Assembly: GCF_004010195.1 (NCBI RefSeq)
Contig: NC_057758.1
Location: 4,692,739-4,712,738 of the forward strand
Direction of reading: 5' to 3'
Source: Chiloscyllium plagiosum
Lineage: Eukaryota
DNA length: 20,000 nucleotides
Made by a program: the position numbers and the translations under genes. The notes under the pieces were generated by a model that saw only the letters and a list, made by a program, of their open reading frames with translations, did no database searches and was not told where the DNA came from. Each line of letters starts with the position of its first letter. Position 1 is the stretch's first letter. Shown piece by piece: positions 1 to 12,000 of the stretch.

Positions 1-3000
1 TGTGGAATTGTGAAGGAGAGTGAGTTTGACGGTGTGTGAGTGTGTAGGAGCTCAAGTGTGACAGTGTGGCAGTGTGTAAGAGAGTGAGTTTGACTTTGTG
101 GCAATGCGTAGGAGAGTGAGCGTGATGGTGGAGGCGTGTGTTGGGAGTGAGCGTGACAGTGGGGGTGTGTGTCGTTGCGTGTGTGTGACTTTGTGGGAGT
201 ATGTAGGAGATGGAGTGTTAAGTTGTGCAAGTGTACACGAGAGCGAGCGTGACGGTGGGGGAGTGTGCAGGGAGTGAGTGTGACGGTGGGGCAGTTTGCA
301 CCAGCTCGAGCAGGACGTTTTGGGAGTGTGAGAGTTAGTGAGCGGGATGGTGTTGGAGTGTATTGGGACAGTATGCTTGGCATTGTGGAAGTTTGCCGGA
401 GAGAGAGCCGGACAGTGTGGGCTTGTGTAGGAGAGTGAGAGTGACGGCGTGTGAGTGTTAGGAGAGTGTGCGTGACAGTGTGGGAAATTGTTGGAGAGTC
501 AGGGCGATGGTGTGGGAGTGTGCAGGAGAGTGCGTGTGACGGTGTGGGTGTTTGCAGGAGAGAGTGTGTGACCATGGGTGAGTGTGTATGAGAGTGACCT
601 TGACGGTGTGGGAGTGTGTAGGAGAGTCAGCATGACGGTGTGGGAATTTGAAGGAGATCAAGCGTGACAGTGTGCAGGAGACTATGTGTGATTTTGTGGG
701 AGTGAATAGGAGAGTAAGCGTGATTGTGTGGGAGGGAGTAAGGGAGTGAACTTGACGGTGAAGGAATGTGTAGGAGAGTGAGCATGACGGTGTTGGAGTG
801 TATAGGAGAATGAGGGTGATGGCGTGTGAGTGTGTAAGGGAGTGAGCATGACGTTGTGGGAGTGTGTTGGAGAGTGAGCGTGACAGTGAAGGGCTGCATA
901 GGAGAATAAGGGTGAAGGTGTAAGAGACTGAGCATGACATTGTGGGAGTGTGTAAGAGAGAGAGTGTGACGGTGTGGGAGTGTGTATGAGAGTGAGAGTG
1001 ACGGGTGTGGCAGTTTGTAGGAGAGTGAACTTGAAGATGTTGGAGAGTGCGGATGTGTGAGTGCAGCGGTGTGGAAGTGTGTAGGAGAGTAAGGGTCACG
1101 GTGGACAAGTGTGCTGTGGAGTGAGGTTGACGGTGTGCGAACGTGTAAGGGAGGGAGCCTGACGTTGTGGGAGTGTGTAGGAGAGTGAGCGTGACAGTGA
1201 GCGGCTGCATAGGAGAGTGAGTGTGACGGTGTGAGAGTGTGTATGAGGCTGAGCGTGATGGTGTGCGCGTGTGTGGGTGAGTGAGCGTGACGGTGTGGGA
1301 GTGCATGGAGAGTGAGTGTGTCGGTGGTTGAGTTTGTGGGGGAGATAGTTTGATGGTGTTCCAGTGTACGGTGGCGTCAGGGTGACGTTGTAGAAGTGTG
1401 CAAGAAAGAGAGCGTGACGTTGTGATAGTGTGTGGGGGAGCAAGCGTGATGGTGTGGAAGTGTGTTACAGAGTGAGCGTCACGATGTTCAAATGTGTGGT
1501 CGAGTGGGGTTGACGGTGTGGGAGTGTGTTAGAGAGCGAGCGTGACGTTGTGGGAGTGTGTAGCAGAGTGAGCGTGACGGTGTGGATAAACGAGCGTGAT
1601 GGTGTGGGAGTACGTGGGAGAGAGAGTGTGATGGTTTTGGAGTGTGTGGAGAGTAAGTGTGAGAGTGTGGGAGTTTGTGGGTCGTGAGTGTGACTGTGGG
1701 ATAGTGTGTGGGGGGTTGAGCATGACGGTGTGGAAGTGTGTAGGAGAGTGAACATCACGTTTTTCAAGTGTGTGGTGGAGTGAGGTTGACAGTGTGGGAG
1801 TGTGTATGAGAGGGAGAGTGACGTTGTAGGAGTGTATAGGAAAGTGAGCGTGACAGTGAGGGGCTGCACAGAAGAATGAGGTTGATGGTGTGTGTGAGTG
1901 TGAGAGTCACCGTGGGAGTGTGTTAGAAAGTGAGTGTGACGGTGTGGCAGTTTGTAGAAGAGTGAGCTTGAAGGTGTGGGAGAGTGCGGATGTGTGAGTG
2001 TAGTGATGTGGGAATGTGTAGGAGAGTGAGCGTGTCGATGTGGAAATGTTTCAGAGAGTGAGTGTGACGGTGTGGGCATGTGCAGGAGAGTGATCGTCAT
2101 GATGTTCAAGTGTGTGATAGAGAGATGTTGACAGTGTGGGAGTGTGTAAGAGAGTGAAAATGACGTTGTGGGAGTGTGCAGGAGAGTAAGTGTGACGGTG
2201 TGGGCGTGAGTGGTAGAGTGAACGTCATTTCATGGATGTACATGGGAGAGTGGGTATGATGGTTTGGGCGTGTGTGCGGGGTCAGTGTGTCAGTGTGGGA
2301 GTTTGAGGGTCATGTGTGTGACGGTGGGTGTGAGTGGGGGGGAGTAACCGTGATGCTGTAGAAATGTGTTACAGAGTGAGCATCACGATGTTCAAATGTG
2401 CGGTGGAGTGAGGGTGATGTTGTAGAAGTGTGTAAGAGGGAGGGCGGGACGGTGTGCGAGTCTGTAGTCGGTGTTGGAGTCCGTTGGAGAGTGAGTGTGA
2501 CCGTGAGTGTGGGAGTAAGAGAGTGAGTGTGACGTTGTGGAAGCATGTAGGAGAGTGGGTGTAATGGTTTGGGAGTGTGTAGGAGAGTGAGCATGATGGT
2601 GTGGGAGTATTTGGGAGAGTAAGCCTGACGGTGCGAGAGTGTGTGGGGAAGCGAACGTGAGCGTGGGGGAGTAGATAGGAGACTGAACGTGACAGTGTAA
2701 CAGTCTGTGGGACAGTGAGTGTGATGGTGCGGGAGCATATTAGAGAGAGAGCGTGACGGTGTTGTGTGGGAGAGTGAGTGTGACAGTTTGGGAGTGTGCA
2801 GCCGAGTGAATGTGACTACGTGGGTGTGTGCAGCAGAGTGAGCATGAAGGTGTGGGAGTGGGAATGGCTGTGAACGTGATGGTGTGGAGTGTGTAACAGA
2901 GTGAGAGTGATGATGTGGGAGTATGTGTGAGAGTGTGCGTGACGGTTTAGGCGTGTGTGGGAGCGTGAGCATGATGGTTTGAAGTATGTGCGACGGTGGG

Positions 3001-6000
3001 ATGGGGTGTAGGAGAGTGAGCGTGATGGATTAGGATTCTCTGGGAGAGTGAGTTTGATGGTTTGGGAGAGCGTAGGAGAGAGAACGTGAAGGTGTGGGAG
3101 AGTGAGCGTGGCGGTGTGGGAGTGTGTGGGAGAGTGAGCGTGATGGTGGGGAGTGTGTAGGAGAGTGAGCGTGATGGAGTGGGAGACTGTGGGAAAGGGG
3201 GTGTGATGGTGTGGGAGCGCGGAGGAAAGTGAGTGTGATGGTGTGGGCGTGTGCAGGAAAATGAGTGTGACGGTTTGGGAGATTGTGGGGAGTGAGTGCG
3301 ACAGTGCGGGAGTGTGTGGGGGTAGTATGTGGGCGAATGAGCGTGACGGTGTGAGAGAGTGCAGGAGAGTGAGAGTGATAGTTTAGGAGTGTGTGGCAGA
3401 GTGAGCATGACGGTGTGGGAGTGTGTTGGGCGTGAGCGCGATGGTGTAGAGTGTGTAGGAGAGTGAGCGTGATGGTGAGGGAGTGTGTAGGAGAGTGAGC
3501 GTGACGGTGGAGTTGTGTGTAGGAGAGTGAGCGTGACGATGTAGGATTCTGTGGGAGCGTGAGTTTGCTGGTGTGGGAGAGCATAGGAGAGAGAGCGTGG
3601 TGGTGTGGGAGCATGTGTAATAGTGAGCGTGACGGATTGGGCGTGTGTGGGAGCGTGAGCATGATGGTGTGGAAGTATGTGGGAGAGTGAGTGTGATGGT
3701 GCGGGAGTGTGTGGGGAGTGAGTGTGAGGGTGGGGAGTGTTTGAGGGNNNNNNNNNNNNNNNNNNNNNNNNNNNNNNNNNNNNNNNNNNNNNNNNNNNNN
3801 NNNNNNNNNNNNNNNNNNNNNNNNNNNNNNNNNNNNNNNNNNNNNGGTGATGGTGTGGGAGTCTGTAAGAGAGTGAGAGCAACAGTGTAATAGTCTGTGG
3901 GACAGTTAGTGTGATGATGTGGGAGCGCGTAGGAGAGACAGCGCGATCCTGTGGTTGAGTGTGGGGGAGTGAACGTGACTGTGGGGGAGTGTGTAGGGGA
4001 GTGAACGTGACGGTATAATAGTCTGTGGGACAGTGAGTGTGATGGTTTGGGAGCGCGTTGGAGAGAGAGCGTGACGGCGTCGGTGTGTGTGGGCGAGTGA
4101 GTGTGACGGTGTGGGAGTATGCAGGGGAGTGAGCGTGACGTTGGGGGAGAGTGAAGAACAGTGAGCGTAACAGTGGGGGGGGTGTAGGAAAGTGAGTGTG
4201 ATGGTGTGGAAGAGCGTGGGAGAGTGATCGTGACGTCGGTGTTGGGTGTAGCAGAGTGAGCGTGATGGAGTAGGATTCTCTGGAAGAGTGAGTTTGATAG
4301 TTTGGTAGAGCGTAGGAGAGAGAGCGTGACGGTGGGGACATCCGTGGGAGAGTGAGTGTGAAGGTGTGGGAGTTTGTGGGAGAGTGAGCGTGATGATGGG
4401 GAGTGTGTAGGAGAGTGAGCGTGATGGAGTGGGAGACTGAGGGAGAAGGGGTGTGATGGTGTGGGAGCGCAGGGGAGAGTGAATGTGATGGTGTGGGCCT
4501 GTGCTGGTAAATGAGTGTGATGGTGTGGGAGATTGTGGGGAGTAAGTGAGACGGTGGGGGAGTGTGTGAGGGAGTGGGCGTGACGGTGGGAGATTGTGTG
4601 GTATTGGAGTTGTGTGTAGGAGAGTGAGCGGGACGGTTTAGGAATCTGTGGGAGCGTGATTTTGCTGGTGTGGGAGATCATAGGAGAGAGTGTGACGTTG
4701 TGGGAGCATGTGTGGGAGCGTGGGCATGATGGTGTGGACGTATGTGGGAGAGTGAGTGTGAAGGTGCAGGGGTGGATGGGGTGTGAGTGTGACGGTGGGG
4801 GGGGTTTATAGGTAGTGAGTGTGACGGTGGGGGAGTGTTTGGGGGACTGAGGGTAATGGTGTTCAAGTGTGCGTTGGAGTGAGGGTGACAGTGTGGGAGT
4901 CTGTAAGAGAGTGACAGTGAAGGTGTAATAGTCTGTGGGACAGTTAATGCGATGGTGTGGGAACGCATAGAAGAGAGAGCGTGACTGTGTAGTTGTGTAC
5001 AGGAGAGTCAACGTTACTGTGTGATAGTCTGTGGGACAGTGAGTGTGATGGTGTGGGAGCACGTTGGAGAGAGAGCGTGACGGGGTGGGAGTGTGAGTGT
5101 GATGGTGTGGGCGTATGCAGTGGAGTGAGCGTGACTGTGGGGAGAATGAATGAGCGTGAGCGAGACAGTGGGCGAGTGTGTAGGAGAGTGAGAGTGACGT
5201 TAGGGGAGTGTGTAATAATGTGACAGTGACGGATTGAGTGTGTGTCGGGGAGGGACCGTGTGGGTGGAGGAGTGTGTAGGAGAGTGAGCGTGACAGTGTG
5301 AGCACGTGTGGGGGAGTTAGCGTGATGGTGCTGTGCGTGCGGGTGGGTAAGGGTGATGGCGTTGGCGTGTGTAAGAGAGTGAGCAAGACGGTGTGGGAGC
5401 ATGTCGGAGAATGAGTGAAATGGTGTGGGAGTGTGTAGGAGAGAGCTCGTGACAGTGTGGGAGTGTGCAGCTGCATGAGCATGATGGTGTGCGAGTATTT
5501 AGGAGAGTGAGCCTGATGGTGCGGGAGTGTGTGGGGGAGTGAACGTGACGGTGTAATAGTTTGTGGGACAGTGTGTTTGATGGGGTGGGAGCGTTTTGGA
5601 GAGAGAGCGTGACTGTGTTATATTGTGTGGGATAGTGAGTGTGACGGTTTGTGAGTGTGCAGCAGAGTGGAGAGAGCATGATGTTGTGGGAGTATGTGTG
5701 AGAGTGGGCGTGATGGTTTGGGCGTGTGTGGGAGCGGAAGCATAATGGTGTTGAAGTATTTGGGAGAGTGAGTGTGCAGGTGCGGGAGTTTGTGGGGAGT
5801 GAGTGTGAGGGTGGGAGTTTGTGGGTAGTGAGTGCAACGGTGCGGGAGTGTTTGGGTGACTAAGCGTAATGGTGTTCAAGTGAGCGTTGAAGTGAGGGTG
5901 ATGGTGTGGGAGTCTGTAAGGGAGTGAGAGTGACAAGGTAATAGTCTGTGCGACAGTTAGCTTGATGGTGTGGGAGAGCGTGGGAGAAAGTGCGTGATGT

Positions 6001-9000
6001 GTGATTGTGTGTGGGGGAGTGAACGGGACGGTGGGGGAGTCTGTAGGAGAGTGAACGTGACGGTGTAATAATCTGTGGGACAGTTAGTGTAATGATGTGG
6101 GAGCGCATTGGACAGAGAGCGTGTTGGTGTGGGAGTGTGTGGGAGAGTGAGCAAGACGGTGTGGGAGTATGCAGGGGAGTGAGCGTGACGGTGGGGGAGA
6201 GTGAAGGAGAGTGAGCATAATAGTGGGGGAGTGTGCGGGAGAGTCAGCGTGACGATGGAGGAGTGTGTAATAATGTGACAGTGACCATGTGGGTGGGTGT
6301 TGGGTAGGGACCGTGCGGGTGGGAGGGTGTGTAGGTGAGAGAGCGTGAGGGTGTGAGAGTAACCTAGTGGGAGAGTGCAATTGTGTGCGAGTGTGTAGGA
6401 GAGTAAGCATGACGGAATGGGAGTGTGCAGGGGAGAGAGCTTGACGATGGGAGAGTGTGTCTGACAGTGAGCGTGACAGTGTGCGTTTGAGTGAGCGTGA
6501 TGGTGTGAGAGAGTTCAAGGGAGAGAGCGTCACGCTGGGAGGTGTGTAGCAGAGTGTGCATGACGGTGTAGGAGTGTGAAGGAGAGTGAGCATTACAGTG
6601 GGAGAGTGTGTACGAGCGTGTGCGTGATGATGTGGCAGTGTGCGGGAGAGTTAGTGTGATGGTGTTGGAGTGCGTAGGAGACTGAGCATGACTGTGTGGG
6701 CGTGTGTAGGAGAGTGCGTGTGACTTTGTGGGAGTGTTCAGACGAGAGAGCGTCACGGTAGGGAGTGTGTAGCAGAGTGTGCGTGACGGTGTGGGAGTGT
6801 GAAGGACAGTGAACGTCACAGTGGGAGAGTGTGTGTGACGGTGTGGCAGTGTGCGGGAGAGTTAGTGTGATAGTATTGGCGTGCTTAGGAGAGTGAGCGT
6901 GACTGTCTGGGAGTGTGTAGGAGAGTGAGCGTGTCGGTGTGGGAGTGTAGGAGAGTGAGTGTTACTGTATGGGAGTGTGTAGGAGAGTGATTGTGACATT
7001 GTGGGAGTGCAGAGGAGAGTGAGCGTGACTGTGTGGGAGTGTGCAGGAAAGTAAGCGTGATGGTGTGGGATGTTCAAGGGAGACAACATCACGGTGGGGA
7101 GTGTGTAGCAGAATGTGCATAATGGCGTGGGAGTGTGAAGGAGAGTGAACGTCACAGTGGGAGAGTGTGTGTGACGGTGTGGCAGTGTGCGGGAGAGTGA
7201 GTGTGGTGGTGTTGCAGTGCGTAGGAGAGTTAGCGTGACCATCTGGCAGTAGATGGGAGAGTGAGTGTGATGGTGTGAGAATGTGTAGGCGAGTGAGTGT
7301 GACAGTGTGGGAGTATGCTGAGGGGTGAGTGAGATTGTATGGGAGTGTTTAGCAGAGTGAGCGTGACGGTGTGGGTGTGTGTGGAAAAAATGGTGTGATG
7401 ATGTGTAAGTATGTGGGTGAGTGAGCGTGGTGGTGTGAGTGGGCACAGCCAAAGTGAGCGTGACGGTGGGAAACTGAATAGGAGAGTGAGCTTGATGGTG
7501 TGGGAGTGTGTAGGTGAGTGATTGTGATGGTATTGTTGGGTGTAGGAGATTATGCATGGCATTTTGGGAGTGTGTAGGAGAGTGAGGGTGACATTGGGCA
7601 AATGTGTAGGAGAATGAGCGTAATGGTGTGACAGTGTGTAAGAGCGTGAGCGTGACTTTGTGGGAGTATGCAGGGGAGAGAGCTTGATGGTGGGAGAGTG
7701 TGTCTGAGAGTGAGCGTGACGGTGTGCGAGTGTGAAGGAGAGAGAACGTCACAGTGGGAGAATGTGTACGACAGTGTGTGTGACGGTGTGGCAGTGTGGG
7801 TGAGAGTTATTGTGATGGTGTTGGCGTGCGTGGGAGGGTGAGCGTGACTGTGTGGGAGTGTGTAGGAGAGTGAGCGTGTCGGTGTGTGAGTGTGTAGGAG
7901 AGTGAGTGTGACTGTATGGAAGTGTGTAGGAGAGTGATTGTGACATTGTGAGAGTGCGTAGGAGAGTGAGCGTGACTGTGTGGTAGTGTGTAGGAGAGTG
8001 AGCGGGATTGGTGTGGGACTGTTCAAGGGAGAGAGCAACACGGTGGGGAGTGTGTAGCAGAGTGTGCATGATGGTGTCGGAGTGTGAAGGAGAGTGAGCG
8101 TTACAGTGGGAGAGTGTGTACGAGAGTGTGTGCGACGGTGTGGCAGAGTGTGGGAGAGTACGTTTGATGGTGTTAGAGTGCGTAGGAGAGTGAGCGTGAC
8201 CGTCTGGGAGTATGTGGGGGAATGAGCGTGACGGGATGGGAAGGTGTAGGAGAGTGAGCGTGATAGTGTGGAAGTGTGTATGACAGTATGCATTATAGTG
8301 TGTGAGTGTGCAGAGGGGTGAGAGAGATGGTGTGGGTGTGTTTAGGAGATTGAGCGTGACGGTGAGGGTGTGTGTGGGAAAAATGGTGTGATGGTGTATA
8401 CGTATGTGGGAGAGTGAGCGTGTTGGTGTGAGTGTACACAGCCAGAGTAATCGTGACAGTGGGCAATTGAGTAGGAGAGTGAGCTTAATGGTGTGGGAGT
8501 GTGTAGGTGAGGGATTGTGATGGTGTTGTGTGTATGAGATTATGAGTGGCATTTTGGGAGTGTGTAGGAGAGTGAGGGTGACGTTGGGCGAATGTGTAGG
8601 AGAGTGAGCGTAATGGTGTGACAGTGTGTCCGAGAGTGAGCGTGAGTTTGTGGGAGTGTGCAGGGGAGAGAGCTTGACGGTGAGTGAGTGTGTCTGAGAG
8701 TGAGCGTGATGGTGGGGGAGTGTGAAGCAGTGAGCGTGACATTGGGGACTCTGTAGGGGAGTGAGTCTGACGCTGTGGGAGCGTGTAGGTGAGTGAGAGT
8801 GATAGTGTGGGCGTGTGTTCGGTGAGTGAGCGTGACGGTAGGTGTGTTTTATGGGAAATTGAGCTTGAAGGTGTGGAAGTGTATGGGAGAGTGAGCGTGA
8901 CGGTGTGGGAGTTTGTAGGAGAGTGAGCGTGACGGTGTGGGAGTATGTGGGAGAGTGAGCATGATGGTGTGGGAGTTTGTAGGAGAGTGAGCGTGATGGT

Positions 9001-12000
9001 GTGGGGGAGTGCAGGTGAGAGAGCTTGACGGTGGGAGAGTGTGTAGGAGAGTGAGCGTGATGGTGTGCGGTTGAGTGAGCGTGATGACGTGGGAGCGTGT
9101 TGGACAGTGAGCATGATGGTGTGGGAGCATGTAGGAGAGTGAGCGTGATAGTGTGGGACTGTGCGGCACAGTGAGCATGCCGGTGGGCGAATGTTTAGGA
9201 AATTGAGCCTGACGATGTGACAGCGTGTCAGAGAGTGATTGTGACATTGTGGAAGTGCGTAGGAGAGTGAGCGTGACTGGGTGGGAGTGTGTAGGATAGT
9301 GAGCGTGACGGGTAGGGATTGTACAGGAGAGTGAGCGTGACGCTGTGCTGGCGTGTCAGAGAGTGATTGTGACATTTTTGGATTGCGTAGGAGAGTGAGC
9401 GTGATGGGGTGGGATAGTGTAGGAGAGTGAGTGTGACGGTGTGAACGTGTGTGGGAGAGTGAGCGAGATGTCGTGGTGTGTGCGGGTGAGTGAGGGTGAT
9501 AGCGCAGGAGTGTGTAGCAGAGTGAGCGTGATGGTGTGAGCGTGTGTGCGAGAGTCAGTGGGATGGTGTTGGAATGAGTAGGAGAGTGAGTGTGACGGTC
9601 TGGGAGTGTGTAGGAGAGTGAGCGTGTCGGTGTGAGAGTGTATAGGAGAGTGAGCGTGATGGTGTGGGAGTGTGTAGGAAACTGAGCGTGATGGTGTGGG
9701 AGTGTTCAAGAGTGAGAACGCCATGGTGGGAAGTGTGTAGCAGAGTGTGCATGACGGTGTGGGAGTGTGAAGGAGAGTGAGCGTTACAGTGGGAGAGTGT
9801 GCACAAGAGTGTGTGTGACGATGTGACAGTGTGCGGGAGAGTTAGTGTGATGGTGTTGGAGTGCGTAGGAGACTGAGCATGACTGTGTGGGCGTGTGTAG
9901 GTGATTTAGCGTGACAGTCTGTGAGTGTTCAGACGAGAGAGTCTCACGGTGGGGAGTGTTTAGCAGAGTGTGCGTGACGGTGTGGGAGAGTGAAGGAGAG
10001 TGAACATCACAGTGGGAGAGTGTGTATGAGAGTGTATGCGACGTTCTGGCAGCGAGCGGGAGAGTTAGTGTGATGGTGTTGGAGTCTGGAGGAGTGTGAG
10101 TGTGACTGTCTGGGAGTGTGTTGGAGAGTGAGCTTGTTGGTGTGGGAGTGAGTAGGAGAGTGAGCGTGACTGTATGGGAGTGTGTAGGAGAGTGATTGTG
10201 TCATTGTGGGAGTGCATAGGAGAGTGAGCATGACTGTGTGGGAGTGTGTAGGAAAGTGAGCGTGATGGTGTGGGACTGTTCAATGGAGAGAGCTTCACGG
10301 TGGGGATGGTGTAGCAGAGTGTGCATGATGGTGTGGGAGTGTGAAGGAGAGTGAGCATTACAGAGGGAGAGTGTGTACGAGAGAGTGTGCAACGATGCGG
10401 CAGTGTGTGGGAGAGTGAGTGTGATGGTGTTGGTGTGCGATGGAGAGTGAACGTGACCGTCTGAGAGTATGTGGGAGAGTGAGCGTGTCAGTGTGGGAAT
10501 GTGTAGGAGAGTGAGCATGAGAGCGTGGGAGTGTGCGGAGGGGTGAGTGTGATTGTGTGGGAGTATTCAGGAGAGCGAGTGTGACGGTGTGGGTGTGCGT
10601 GGGAAAAATGGTGTGATGGTGGGTAAGTATTTGGGAGAGTGACCGTGATGGTGTGAGTGTGTGCAGCCAGAGTGAGCGTGACAGTGGGCAATTGAGTAGG
10701 AGAGTGAGATTGATGGCGTGGGAGTGAGTAGGTGAGTGATTGTGATGTTGTTGTTGTGTGTTGGAGATTATGTTTGACATTTTGGGAGTGTGGAGGAGAG
10801 TGAGGGTGACGTTGGGCGAATGTGTAGGAGAGTGAGCGTGACGGTATGACAGTGTGTCCGGGAGTGAGTGTGACTTTTTGCGAGTGTGCAGGGGAGACAT
10901 CTTGACTGTGGGAGAGTGTGTCTGAGAGTGAGCGTGACGGTGGTGGAGTGTGAAGGAGAGTGAGCGTGCTTGTGGGGGATTGTGTAGGGAAGTGAGTTTG
11001 ACGATGGAGAGTGTGTAATAGTGTGTGTGAGACTGACGGTGTGGGAGTGTGGAGGTAAACGAGCGTGACGGTGGGAGAGTGTGTAGGAGAGTGTGCGGGA
11101 TGGTGTGGGAGTGTGCGGGGGAGTGAGCGCGATGGTGTGGGAGCGTGTAGGATGGTGAGACTGACAGTGTGGGATTGTGGTGGGAGAGTGAGTGTACGTG
11201 TTATGGGAAATTGAGCTTAATGGTGTGGAAGTCTGTGGGAGAGTGAGCGTGATGATGTGGGTGTGCTTGGGAAGTGAATGTGATGGTGGGGCTGTGTGGG
11301 GGAGTGAGTGCGACGGCGGGGAATTGTACGGGGGCGTGAGCATGATGGTGTGAGAGTGTGCGGGGGAGTGAGCATGATTGTGATGAGTGTGGGGGGAGTG
11401 AGCATGACGGTGTGGGAGTATGCGAGGGTGTGAACGTGATGTTGTGGGAGTTTGTAGGAGAGTGAGCGTGATGGTGTGACAGTGTTTGGAGAGTGAGCGT
11501 GATGATGTGGGAGTGTGTAGCAGAGTTAACATGACTGTGTGGAAGTGTGTGTGGGATTGAGCGTGATGGTGTGTCGTGTGTAGGAGATTGAGGTTGACGG
11601 TGTGGGAGTGAGTGGGAGAGTGTGTGCGATGGTGTTCAAGTAAGCGGTGAACTGAGGGTGACTGTGTGGGAGTGTATAGGTGAGTGAGCGTGACTGTGAG
11701 AGGGTGCGTTAGAGAGTTAGTGTCACGTTGTGGGAGCGTGTGGGGGAGTGAGCGTGATGGTGCCGGAGTGAGCAGCAGAGTGACCGTGACGGTGAGCGAG
11801 TGTGTCGGAGAGTGAGCGTGACGGTGTGGGAGTGTTGGGAGAGTGAGCGTGACGGTATGGGAGTGTGCAGGGGAGAAAACTTGACGGTGGGGGAGTGTGT
11901 AGAAGAGTCAGCGTGACTGTGGGCGAGTGTGTAGGAGAGTGAGTGTGACAATGGGGGAGTGTGTAATAGTGTGAGAGTGACGGTGTGGAAGTGTGTGGTG

